DNA of 64,000 nucleotides from Squalus acanthias. Lineage: Eukaryota. Below, piece by piece: positions 36,117 to 48,752 of this stretch; the first letter of the stretch is position 1, and every line of letters starts with the position of its first letter. Location: positions 172,424,001 through 172,488,000 of the forward strand of contig CM059425.1 in NCBI GenBank assembly GCA_030390025.1, read 5' to 3'. The notes below the pieces were generated by a model. That model worked only from the letters and a program-made list of their open reading frames with translations, was not told the origin of the DNA and searched no databases. The position numbers and the translations under genes were made by a program.

Positions 36117-37515
36117 AAATGAGGATTGTGTTTGAAGAAAACCTGAAGAAAATACACAGACCAAGTTGCTATATTTGCATCAAAACCTATTCAGTCATTA
36201 CTTCTTCACACAAAGCTAAAATTTTACTTTTTTCAGAAAATAAGCTATTTACATGCTGCTGTTCCTATGTGACATGCAATAGGTTGACACTACTTAGTGC
36301 GCAGTGAATAATTCTTAAATCAGATATTCCATATAATGCGAGTGAGTGAGAAGTGGCTTAATACTTGATGTCTCGAGTTGAAATCTTCTCATCAGTTTTT
36401 TAAAAATTTGAATTCAAATCTATGAAATACAATGCTAAGAATTCTCTGAATGCATGTTCTCTATAATGTATTGCCATTCCTGCACTGATTTTGTGCTCCC
36501 CTTTCTCTCAGTTCCAAAACATTTTCTTTCTGTTATAGAGCTGACCTGAGAGACTGCCCCTGCTTTTTATAAATTGGGCAGCAGGTGCAATCAATAGGGG
36601 AGAGTCAATGTTTTCTTCACAGCAGATGCTGTCAAATTAAAATCTTACACATCATACCCTCTCTGTGACACACTCATGCATCCAAACTGTGCCAGTTCCA
36701 GAAGAACAGCTGACTAGAAAGCATGAATCAAACACCTGATAAAATAAACTACTACAGAGCAAAAAGCCTGTACTTGGCAACAGAGTGACTGTATATCCTT
36801 TGTAACAAATGAAATCATATAATTTAGTGAGCAGTTGTATGGAAAGGTCTTGATTAAAAAACAGAATTAAAAGACTGTAAGGAAATGATTTTACAATTCA
36901 TTAGCCATGAAAAACTTCTGTGTCAAGTTTTAGCTAATCTTCAGGAAGCATGTTACAGCCACAATAATCTAAAACAAATACATTCTGTACCTACAAGACG
37001 CCCCCTTCTTTATTCTATCAAGAAAATCCCTGTCTACAAAGTATTAAATGCTCATCTATGAGGGATTTCAAGTCAATTTTGATGCATTGTTTTAGCAGTT
37101 TTAGGAGTACGTCTATCATATTATTTGCTTTTCAAAGAAGAGGAAAACTCAATTTATACAAAAGCAGAAATGTATGTTGTGTCCCAGATACATGCATCAG
37201 CTGTGCCAAGCATATTCATGGGTGCACATACAACACTGGGCTTCTGTAGCTGTGTAAATCAAAGTAAATATTTTTTGCACTCAGGAATTTGCTATGCTGG
37301 AGATTGGTACATTTTCTGCCAATTTTCAATTAGAGACATCCTAACTTTTCAGACACATGAACACAATCATCTCTTACTGATCAGGCAGTCCTATTTTAAG
37401 CCCTTCCCATTAAATAAAATGCATTCTCACAGGAAGTATTGCTTTATCAATCTCCTCAAGGTGAGGAATCACAGTGACAGGAAATGTAACATTTCCTCCT
37501 TTTCTCACCTAGTCA

Positions 37516-37993
37516 GAGTACCACTAGAGTTTAGAATAGAAGAATGAGAGGGGATCTCATTGAGTATTCACTAGAGTTTAGAAGAATGAGAGGGGATCTC
37601 ATTGAAACATATAAAATTCTGACAGGGCTAGACAGACTGGATGCAGGGAGGATGTTTCCCCTGGCTGGGGGTTCTGGAACAAGGGGTCACAGTCTCAGGA
37701 TACGGGGTAGGACATTTAGGACTGAGATGAGGAGAAATTTCTTCACTCAGAGGGTGGTGAACCTGTGGAATTCTCTACCACAGAAGGCTGTGGAGGCCAA
37801 GTCACTGAATATATTTAAGAAGGAGATAGATAGATTTCTAGACACAAAAGGCATCAAGGGGTATGGGGAGAGAGCAGGAATATGGTATTGAGATAGAGGA
37901 TCAGCCATGATCATATTGAATGGCGGAGCAGACTCTAAGGGCCGAATGACCTACTCCTGCTCCTATTTTTCTATGTTTCTTCTATGTTTCTAT
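37516..37993 (+). mobile_element. HER1/CR1 3' fragment with duplicated 5' junction
   Basis: ORF RGDLIETYKILTG...FFTQRVVNLWNSLP; HER1-type tail with (CTATGTTT) repeats. Confidence 0.92.
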
Positions 37994-38134
37994 CGCATTT
38001 CTAGGTCCAGTAAAACACAGGGCAAATTCAGTGTAGAGCTACCATGAAATTACCCTGATAATGTTCCTATATTCAACTTTGGTGATCACTAAAAACAGAT
38101 GATCTGGTCATTAGCACATTGCTATTTGTGGGAC

Positions 38135-40196
38135 AGTTTTTATGTTCCCTGAAAGCTTACTCTCATACTCTATTTTCCCCCTCTTAATTAATCCTTTTGT
38201 CCTCCTTTGTTGAATCCTAAACAGCTCCCAATCCTCAGGTTTGCTGCTTTTTCTGGCCAATTTATATGTTCTCTCCTTGGATCTTATGCTATCCCTAATT
38301 TCTCTTGTTAGCCACGGTTGCGCCACCATTTTTGTTTTATTTTTATGCCAGACAGGGATGAACAAATTCTGTAGTTCATCCATGCAATCTTTAAATGTTT
38401 GCCATTGCCTATCAACCTCAACCCTTTAAGTAACATTCCCCAATCCATCCTAGCCAACTCGCGCCTCATACCATCGTAGTTTCCTTTATTTAAATTCAGG
38501 ACCCTAGTCTCCACTCTCCATCTTAATGAAGAATTCTATCATATTATGATCGCTCCTCCCCAAGGGGCCTCGCACAACAAGATTGCTAATCAATCCTTTC
38601 TCATTACATAATACCCAGTCTAAGATGGCCTGATCTCTAGTTGGTTCCTCGACATATTGGTCCAGGAAACCATCCCATATACACTCTAGGAATTCCTCCT
38701 CCACTGTATTGTTACTAATTTGGTTAGCCCAATCTATATGTAGATTAAAGTCACCCATGATAACTGCTGTGCCCTTATTGCACGCGTCTCTAATTTCCTG
38801 TTTAATGCCATCCCCAATCTCAGCATTACTGTTTGGGGGTCTGTCTACAACTCCAACTAACGTTTTCTGCCCCTTGGTATTTCTCAGCTCTACCCATACA
38901 GATTCCACATCATCAGAGCTAATATGCTTCCTTACTATTGTGTTAATCTCCTCTTTAACCAGCAATGCTACCCCACCTCCTTTATTTTTTGCCTGTCCTT
39001 CCTGAATATTGAATACCCCTAGATGTTGAATTCCGTGCCTTGGTCACCTTGGAGCCATGTCTCCATAATCCCAATTATATCATATCCGTTTACATCTATT
39101 TGTGCAGCTAATTCATCCACCTTATTACGAATGCTCCTCGCATTAAGACACAAAGCCTTCAGGCTTGTTTTTTAACACTCTTAGTCCTTTTAGAATTATT
39201 ATTTACTGTGGCCCTGTTTGATTTACACACTTGATTTCTCTGCCTTCCACTTTTGCTTTTCTCCTTCCTGTCTTTTGTTTCTATCCTTGCTTCCCTTTCC
39301 TCTGTCTCCCTGCACAGGTTCCCAACCCCCTGCCATTTTAGTTTAAACCCTCCCCAACAGCACTAGCAAATACTCCCCCTAGGACATCGGTTGCAAACCG
39401 TCCAGTTTGTACTGGTCCCACCTCCCCCAGAACCAGTTCCAATGTCCCAGGAATTTGAATCCCTCCCCTTGCACCATTCCTCTAGCCATGTATTCATCTG
39501 AAATATCCTTCTATTTCTACTCTGACTAGTACGTGGCACTGGTAGCAATCCTGAGATTACTACCTTTGAGGTCCTATTTTTTAATTTACCTCCTAACTCC
39601 CTATATTCAGCTTTTAGGACCATTTTTTACCTATATCGTTGATACCTATATGCACCACGACAGCTGGCTGTTCACCCTCCCCTTCCAGAATGCCCTGCAG
39701 CCGCTCCGAGACATCCTTGACCCTTGCACCAGGGAGGCAACATACCATCCTGGAGTCTCATTTGCGGCCGCAGAAACGCCTATCTATTCCCCTTACAATA
39801 GAATCCCCTATCACTATAGCTCTCCCGCTCTTTTTCCTCCCGTCCTGTGCAGCAGAACCACCCATGGTGCCAGGAAGTTGGCTACTGCTGCCTTCCCCCG
39901 ATAAGCCATCTCCCCCAACAATATCCAAAGCGGTATATCTGTTTGAGAGGGAGCTGGCCACAGGGGACCCCTGCACTACCTGCCTGCACCTACTACTCTG
40001 CCTGGCGGTCACCTATTCCCTTCCTGCCTGTGCAGCCTTTACCTGCGGTGTGACCAACTCCCTAAACGTGCTATCCATGATGTCCTCAGCATCACAAATG
40101 CTCCAGTATGTATCCATTCGCAGCTCCAGCACCGCAATGCAGTCTGCCAGTAGCTGCAGCTGGATACACTTCCCGCACACATGGTCGTCAGGGACA
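38135..40196 (-). mobile_element. CR1 5' fragment (ORF1 esterase + EN domain, no RT or tail)
   Basis: ORFs with CGKC, VIGDSIVRG, MGDFN and SDHN. Confidence 0.88.
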
Positions 40197-40819
40197 CTTG
40201 GATTTATATAGCGCCTTTCACGACCAATAAAGTACTTTTGGAGTGTAGTCACTATTGTAATGTGGGAAACCTAAGTATGAAGGCACCATACACAGAAAAA
40301 TTGACTTGGAAAATTGGGGCTGTTTTGACTAGAACAGAGGGGATAAAGGTGTTTAAAATGGGACGTAGAAATAGACTGTTTCCAGTGATTGAGGGGTCAA
40401 GAATGAAGGGGTATAGGTTATAAGATTAGATCATAGAATCATACAGCATAGAAGGAGGCCATTCAGCCCATTGTGCCTGTGACGGCTCTTTGAAAGAGCT
40501 GTCCAATTAGTCCCACTCAATGTGGGAGCAAGTGTAAGAGATTTAGAACACAAAACCAAAGCATCAGAAAATAATGAAAAATAAAGAGAAAAAACAAGCT
40601 ACAAATGCAGCAGATGTGAAATTGAAACACAAGCTGCAAGCAAAACACAGTTGATCTGCCAGTCGCAGGGAGAGAAAAAATAGGGGTGCACTGAATGGGC
40701 TCAGACCCCTGCCAGTACTGGGCTCTGATGAAGGGACTCCACCTCGAATGTCAATGAAACCCTCAGGCACTGACAGATCCTCTGCACAACAAGTGTCTTC
40801 TGCTGTGAAGGAAATGGAA

Positions 40820-42050
40820 GGTGTAGCTAAGGTCCTAAGTTACTAAAGTCAATGTTAAGATCAGAGAGCTGTAGAGTGTCCAGCAGAACGATAAGATACC
40901 ATTCTTGAAGCTTGCATTCAGCTTCATTGTAACAGTATAGGAGACCTAATATGGAGGTCATTGTCGGAATGGGAAGTGGAGCTCAATAGTGAGCCATAAG
41001 GCGGTCACACTTGCTGAATAGAGATGTTTAGTGAAACGGTCAGCTAATCTATGTTTGGTCTCCCTGTTGTAGTGCAGCCTGCACTATGAGCAGTGAATAC
41101 AATATTCTAGATTGGAGGAAGTGCATGTGAACTGCCATTTTAAATGGAAGGAGTTTAGGGGGCCCTGGACAGTGGGGTGGGAGAAGGTAAATGGACATGT
41201 GTTGCATCTCCTGCAATTGTCCAGGAAGTGCCTGAGGAAAGGCAACTGGAAGTAGGGGTGGTGGAAGATTGAACAAGGGTACCACAAAGGAACAGATCAC
41301 CTTGAAAGGCTGAGATTGGAGGAGAGAGGAAAATATGGTTGTGGGATCGTATTGTGATAGAAGTAGCAAAAGATGATCTGGCGAATAAGGAAGTTGGTGG
41401 GGTAGAAGATGAGGATAAAGGGAACCCTGCTGCTGCTGTGAAAGGAAGGGGAAGGGGTAAGAAAGGAGGCCCGGGAAATGGGCCAGATCAAGTCAAGGAT
41501 TCTGTTCATCACTGTGAAGGGAAACCTTGGCTGAGAAAAAGAAAGACATTTCAGAAGTTCTGGTCTGGAAAATGGAGTTATCAGTGCAAATATGATGGAA
41601 ATTAAGAAAATGTTGAAAAGGGGTAGAATCCTTTTAGAAGGCAGAGTGGGAAGAACTATAACCCAGTGGCAATCAGTGAGCTTGTAACAGATGTCAGTGG
41701 AAAGCCCATCACCAGAGATGGAGAATGAGAACTTCAGGAAGGAAAGGTAAGAGTCAGAGATGAGCCATGTGAAGGTGAGGAATGGGTGGAAATTAGATGC
41801 ATATAAAATGAAATTCTCCAGATCGGAGTGACAGCAAGAAGCAGCACCAATACAGTCATCAATGTAATGGAGGAAGAGTTAGGTAGTGGCCCTGAGTAGA
41901 ATTGGAATAAAATGTGTTCCGCATATCTTACAAAAAGACATACATTGCTGGGACCCGTGGAGCTTATAGCAACACCTTCTATCTGGAGGAAGTGTGTGAA
42001 GTTAAAGGAGACATTGTTCAAGGTGAGAGCAAGTTAAACTTGGCAGAGAA
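40820..42050 (-). mobile_element. Old PLE fragment (RT C-terminus + GIY-YIG), family 2-like
   Basis: NNVSFNFTHFLQIEGVA (RT motif B' region) and FTCTSSNLEYCIHCS; similar to 47258-47758. Confidence 0.7.
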
Positions 42051-42546
42051 GGGATGTTGTGAACAGGAATTGCTTGGGCCACTAGAGAGGCCAGAACCTC
42101 TTTTATTTATACAGATTACAACATTTTTACTAAAATCTTAGCCAGTAGGCTTGGGAGTATTGTACCTTATTTATACATCTGAATTTGATGGAGTTTGTGC
42201 CTCATCGATTTCCCTCAAACAATGCCGTTTGGCACACGTTCTTAGCCCGCCAGTGTCTGTTTACCCTTTGATATAAGGAAAATGATTAACTTCATAGAAT
42301 AAATATATCCATTAGCTACTTTGAAATTTTGACTAGTTGATTTAGCAGGAATTTGGGGCAATTTATATTAAGATATTGTTGGTTTAGTTATATTTAGCTT
42401 ATGAGGGATTAAATCCACAGAGCACACAAATTCGGGGAATACAAATTAGATCCAGTTGAAGCGTCTGATCAGGATGTTTTTGCATATCACATCGGCTTGA
42501 GACAACAGAGGCCATTAAGCCATTCCAGTAAACATACACAAATATT

Positions 42547-43800
42547 GGCCTGGATTTCCTGGACAAACCTGCCTGAATATGGGTAGTATAGTGGTGGTCT
42601 GGCAAGGGAAATGGGTTGTAAAGGCCTTCAGCTGATACCCAGCTCCAAAAAATGGCTGGTCCAATTTTCCTCTGCTGACCCTACCATAACTCGCATCTGC
42701 CTGCCATGAGACTGCACTGGCGCATGTAGATGAAAGTGAAGGGGTACGGCTTTATAGTCCCTGCTATCTCCCTGTGTTTGGGCCGCCCCTAGGAAACATT
42801 GCTAGTATAAAACGTGTTGGTAAAGGGACCAGATTGGAGTCCCAGAGGTGATAAAACATCATGAAGGTTAGAGGTCACTAAACACAGCATTCCTGCAGGA
42901 CTGTGTAGACTGGAAGTAACTTCCATTACACCAGAATAGTGAGGAATCAGGATTTAAAGATAGTAGCTCTTATTTACAAACAATTTAGAGTCAGGATAAC
43001 CGTACCAGTAAATAATAGATTTCCCTCTAGGAATTACATTGTTCCTGAAGAGGTTGATGAAAACATGGAGGAGGAGAGGAGGGAAGCCCTGAGAGTTCGG
43101 CATCATGTACAAAGGCATGACCCAAAATATAAGCAACCACACCTGAGGTCTACAAAGGAGGTCATATATGGATTTCTCCCAAAGGCAGTATGTGAGAAGA
43201 CTGCAGTTTCCTCCACAATCAGGCAGTGAGTTACGCCAGGTGTTGGCACCACACCTGTAGCCTTTCTAGTGGCCCTACAGTTCTAAAAAAAAATTGCCAT
43301 TGGCTATCAGCAGTAAACCACTGCATTAAACAGGTGACAGATGTTCTGCTCAGGTGGGCTAGATATTTCATATCCTTCCCGATGGATCCACTCCGGAGCA
43401 GGGAGACACCAAGCACTCAAATTCTCCCAAGTACAGGGTTCCATTGATGTCATCCATGTGGCATGATGGAACCAACTGAAGACGCCATAAATTTTATCAA
43501 GGGAAGGATTTTCATTCTGTAAATGTGCAGTTTGTGAGTGGTGCCAACCACGTCACTCTGTATGTGAATGCATGCTCCCCTGGAAGCTGGCAAGATTTAT
43601 TTTTTCTTTGACAATCAAAATATCCCTACAATTTCCAGCCAGATCTGTGTGTCAGGATTGTTGCTTTGAAACGCTGGTTACCAACTTCAATCACGGCTGA
43701 TGACAACCCTGCATCTTCCAAGGACTGAGAGAAACACAAGTGTCAGTGAAGCCTTGGGTGCTGCATGCATGATTATTGAACAGATTATTAGGATTCTGAA
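42547..43800 (+). mobile_element. Old Harbinger transposon, left part with decayed transposase
   Basis: SAVNHCIKQVTDVLLRWARYFISFP, FSQVQGSIDVIHVA (from ~43422), FHSVNVQFVS, PGSWQD, IIEQIIRILK. Candidate TIR GGCCTGGATTTCC at 42547. Confidence 0.75.
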
Positions 43801-43802
43801 GT

Positions 43803-44572
43803 AAAAACAGAAAATGCTGGAAATACTCAGCAGGTCAGGCTGCATCTGTGGAGAGAAAAACAGAGTTAACGTTTCAGGTCGATGACCTTTCTTCAGAACT
43901 GGTAAAAGTTAGAGATGTAACAGATTTTAAGTACAGAGGCAGGGAAAGGTGGGGGGGGGGGGGGGCGGGCAGGGTGGAGGAAAGAACAAAAGGAAAGGTC
44001 TGTGACAGGGTGGAAGGCAGGAGAGATTAAATGACAAAAGGGATGATGGTGCGAGGCAAAAAGAGATGGTAATGGGACAAGTAAAGAAACAAAAGATGGG
44101 TCTAGAAGAGGTGTAAATGGGAATATCAGAATCATCAGCAACAGCTGCCGTCTGAAAAAATGGAGGCAGAGGTTATGATCTGAAATTGTTGAACTCAATG
44201 TTGAGTCCAGAAGGCTGTAAAGTGCCTAATAGAAAGATGAGGAGCTGTTCCCTTTGCTGTGCTTCAGTGGAACAACGTAGGAGGCTGAGGACAGAGCGGT
44301 CAGAGAATTATAATGACAGGCCGGGGAAGCTCGGGGTCAGGCTTGCAGACTGAACGGAGATGTTCCACAAAGCGGTCACTCCCCAATATAGAGGAGTGTG
44401 TTTGGGGACCTGGACGGTGGGAAGGGAGGAGGTAAAAGAACATCTCCTGCGCTTGCATGGGAAGGTGCCATGGGAAGGGGAGGGGGCATTGGGGGTGATA
44501 GAGGAGTGGACCAGGGTGTCGTGGAGGGAGTGGTCCCTTCAGAATGCTGAAAGTGGAGGGGAGGGGAAAAAG
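43803..44572 (-). mobile_element. PLE family 2, 3' part (pLTR + decayed EN); continues at 47258-47758
   Basis: pLTR with hammerhead motif; sequence runs on across the CR1 insertions. Confidence 0.8.
43864..43900 (-). ncRNA. Minimal hammerhead ribozyme motif, PLE family 2
   Basis: AGTT-CTGAAGA-A-AGGTC-ATC-GACCT-GAAA-CGTT-AACT. Confidence 0.78.
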
Positions 44573-44574
44573 GG

Positions 44575-46172
44575 GATATATTAAATAAATGAATCAAACT
44601 CAAAAGAGGATAAAACCCCTAGTCCAGATGGATTGCATCCACACATTTTAAAAGAATCTAGGAAAGAGATAGCTGAGACATTACTACGCATATTTAATAA
44701 TTCATTAGAAAAAGGTATAGTGCCAGAGGACTGGCGGATAGCTAACGTAATACCGATATTTAAGAAGGGGCATAGAACATGGCCAGAGAATTATAGACCG
44801 GTCAGCTTAACATCGGTGGTAGGAAAAATAATGGAATCCCTACTAAAGGAGAAAATAGAAGAACATCTAGAAACCAAAAATATAATAATGAATAGTCAGC
44901 ATGGATTTCAAAAGGGAAAGTCTTGCTTGACCAACCTTATTGAATTTTTTGAAGAGGTAACAGAGAGAGTAGATAATGGTAATGCAGTAGATGTATTTTA
45001 TCTGGATTTTCAAAAGGCCTTCGATAAGATACCCCATAATAGACTGATGAACAAGGTCAGAGAATGCAGAGTCAGGGGACAAGTAGCAGAATGGATTGCT
45101 GGCTGGCTTCAGGACAGAAAGCAGAGAGTAGGAGTAAAGGGTAGCTATTCACAGTGGCAGAAGTTGGGTAGTGGTGTTCCACAAGGATCAGTGCTGGGAC
45201 CACTGCTGTTCACAATTTACATTAACAATTTAGACTTTGGAATCAAAAACACAATTTCTAAATTTGCAGATGACTCCAAATTGGGGGGAGTGGGGGGGGG
45301 GATAGTCAATACTGAGGAGGACTGCAACAAGTTACAGGAGAACATTAATAAACTTGCAGAATGGGCATATAATTGGCAAATGAAGTTCAACACAAATAAA
45401 TGTGAGGTAGTACATTTTGGTAGGAAGAATAGGGAGGTCACTTATCACTTAGAAGGTACGAGTCTAGGTGGGGAAGAGGAACAAAGGGATCTAAGAGTAC
45501 AAATACACAAATCACTAAAAGTTGCGACACAGGTTAGCAAGGCCATAAAAAATGTAAACCAAGCACTAGGGTTTATTTCTAGAGGGATAGAATTGTAAAG
45601 TAGGGAAGTTATGCTAAACCTGTATCAAACCTTGGTTAGACCACACTTAGAGTACTGCATACAGTTCTGGTCGCCATATTATAAAAAAGATATAGAGGCA
45701 CTGGAGAGGGTGCAGAGAAGATTTACAAGGATGATACCAGAAATACGAGGGTATACATATCAGGAGAGGATGAACAGGCTGGGTCTCTTTTCTCTTGAAA
45801 TAAGAAGGCTGAGGAGTGACCTAATAGAGGTCTTTAAAATTATGAAAAATTTTGATAGAGTGGATACAGAGAGAATGTTTCAACTTGTGGGGAAGAGCAT
45901 AACTGGAGGCCATCAATATAAGATAGTCACCAAGAAATCCAATAGGAAATTCAGAAGAAACTTCTTTACCCAAAGAGTGGGGAGAATGTGGAACTCGCTA
46001 CCACGGGGAGTGGTTGAAGCGAATAGTATAGATGCATTTAAGGTGAGGCTAGACAAGCATATGAGGAAAAAGAGAATAGAGGGTTATGCTGATAGAGTTA
46101 GATGAGGAAAGATGGGAGGCTCGTGTGGAGCATAAATGCCGGCATGGACTGGATGGGCCCAATGGCCTGTTT
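44575..46172 (+). mobile_element. CR1 LINE 3' half nested in PLE family 2
   Basis: ORFs 44633-45598 and 45611-46105 with RT motifs. Confidence 0.92.
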
Positions 46173-47232
46173 CCGAGTGGCAGGGTCTTTTTCCGAGTGG
46201 CAGGCAGTGACTAGTGGGGTTCCGCAGGGATCGGTCCTAGGACCCCAGCTATTTACTATATATATTAATGATCTAGATGAGGGAACTAGATGTAATATCT
46301 CCAAGTTTGCAGATGACACAAAGCTGGGTGGGCGTGTGTGCTGCGAGGAGGATGCCGAGAAACTCCAGTATGATTTGGATAGGTTGAGTGATTGGGCAGA
46401 AGCATGGCAGATGCAGTATAATGTGGATAAATGCGAGGTTATCCACTTTGGTGGCAAAAACAGTAAGGCAGATTATTATCTGAATGGCAATAGATTGGGA
46501 GAAGGGGAAGTGCAACGAGACCTGGGTGTCCTTGTGCACCAGTCACTGAAGGTAAGCACGCAGGTACAGCAGGCGGTTAAGAAGACAAATGGTATGTTGG
46601 CCTTCGTAGCGGGAGGGTTTGAGTACAGGAACAAGGATGTCTTGCTGCAGCTGTACAGGGCCTTGGTGAGACCACACCTTGAGTATTGTGTGCAGTTTTG
46701 GTCGCCTTATCTGAGGAAGGATGTTCTTGCCATGGAGGGAGTGCAGCGAAGATTCACCAGGCTGATACCTGGGATGGCAGGAATGACGTATGAAGAGAGA
46801 TTGGGTCGATTGGGCTTATACTCGCTGGGGTTTAGAAGAATGAGAGGAGATCTCATTGAAACTTATAAAATTCTAACAGGGCTAGACAGACTGGATGCAG
46901 GAAGGATGTTCCCGATGGCGGGTGAGTCCAGAACAAGTTTCACAGTCTAAAGATAAGGGGTGAGCCATTTAGGACAGAGATGAGGAGGAATTTCTTCACC
47001 CAGAGAGTGGTGAACCTGTGGAATTCTCTACCACAGAAGGCAGTTGAGGCCAAGTCAGTAAATATATTCAAGACGGAGTTAGATATATTTCTTAAGGCTA
47101 AAGGTATCAAGGGATATGGGGAGAAAGCAGGGACAGGGTACTGAGTTTGGATGATCAGCCATGATCTCATCGAATGGCGGAGCAGGCTCGAGGGGCCGAA
47201 TGGCCTACTCCTGCTCCTATCTTCTATGTTTC
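46173..47232 (+). mobile_element. HER1/CR1 3' fragment inserted in the tail of the preceding CR1
   Basis: GVPQGSVLGP, FADD and HER1 tail; the host tail resumes at ~47233-47257. Confidence 0.9.
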
Positions 47233-47257
47233 TGTGCCGTATATCCTATGTAATCTT

Positions 47258-47758
47258 ATGTGTTTGGTGGTGGGATCATGCTGGAGGTGGCGGAAATGGC
47301 AGAGGATGATCCGTTGAATGTGGAGGCTGGTGGGGTGGAAGGCGAGGACAAGGAGAACCCTATCGTGGTTCTGGGATGGAGGGGAAGGTGTGAGAGCAAA
47401 AGTGCTGGAAATGGAACAGACATGGTCGAGGGCCCTGTCAACCACGGTGGAGGGGAATCATCGTTTGAGGAAAAAGGAAGACATATCGGAAGCACTGGTA
47501 TGGAAGGTATCATCGTCGGAACAGAAGCGATGGAAATGGAGAAACTGGGAGAATGGAATAGTTTCCGTACAGAAAGCAGGGTGGGCGGAAGTATAGTCAA
47601 GGTAGCTATGGGAGTCAGTGGGCTTATAGTGGATATTGGTCGCCAACCTATCCCCAGAAATGGAGACAGAGAAGTCAAAGAAGGGAAGAGTTGGAGATGG
47701 ACCATGTGAAGGTGAGGGAAGGATGGAAATTGAAAGCAAAGTTGAGGAAATTTTCAGT
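47258..47758 (-). mobile_element. PLE family 2, RT thumb region
   Basis: NFHPSLTFTW...YKPTDSHSYLDYTSAHP...IPFSQFL..RFCSD. Confidence 0.85.
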
Positions 47759-47834
47759 GTATGACCCTAACCTCTTACTCCTATGTGTTGTTATCTCAGG
47801 GTCAGGAGGTTGTGGGGTTGGCAGCTGGGACTGT

Positions 47835-48752
47835 ACATAAGAACCTAAGAAATTGGAGCAGCAGTAGACCATACTGCCCCTCAAGCCTGGTCCGCCATTC
47901 AATAAGATCATGGCTGATCTTCAACCTCAACTCCACTTTCCCACCCAATTCCCATATCCCTCAATTCCCTTAGAGTTCAAAAATCTATTGGTCTCCACCT
48001 TGAATATACTCAATGTCTGAGCATCCACAGCCCTCTGGGGCAGAGAATTCCAAAGATTCCCAACCCTCTGAGTGAAGAACTTTCTCCTCATCTCAGTCCT
48101 AAATGACTGACCCCTTATCCTGAGTCTATGCCCCTAGTTCTAGACTCTCCAGCCAGGGGAAACAGCCTCTCAGCATCTACCCTGTCAATCCCCCTCAGAA
48201 TCTTATATATTTCAATGAGATCACCTCTCATTCTTCTAAACTCCAGAGAGTATAGGCCTAATCTACTCAATCTCTCCTCATTGGACAACCCTCTCATCCC
48301 AGGAATCAATCTAGTGAATCCTCATTGCACCCCCTCTAAGTCAAGTATATTCTTCCTTAGATACGGAGACCAAAACTGTACACAGTACTCTCGGTGTGGT
48401 TTCACCAAAGCCTAGTACAATTTCAGCAAGACTTCTTTACCTTTGTACTCCAACCACCTTGCAATAAAGGCTAACATACCATTTGCCTTCCTAACTGCTT
48501 TCTATACCTGCGTGTTAACTTTGTGTTTTGTGTACAATGACACCCAAATCCTTCTGAACACCAACATTTAATAGTTTATCACCACTTAAAAAATATTGTT
48601 TTTCTATTCTTCCTACCAAAGTGATTAACCCCACATTATACGCCATCTGCCACCTTCTTGCCCACTCACTCAACCTGTCTATATCCCTTTGCAGACTCTT
48701 TGTGTCCTACTCACAGCTTACTTTCCCACCTAGCTTTGTATCATCAGCAAAC
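47835..48752 (-). mobile_element. HER1/CR1 3' fragment (short continuation at 49850-49872)
   Basis: RGDLIEIYKIL and HER1-type tail; host sequence GCAAAC|TTGGATAC is split by the next LINE. Confidence 0.88.
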
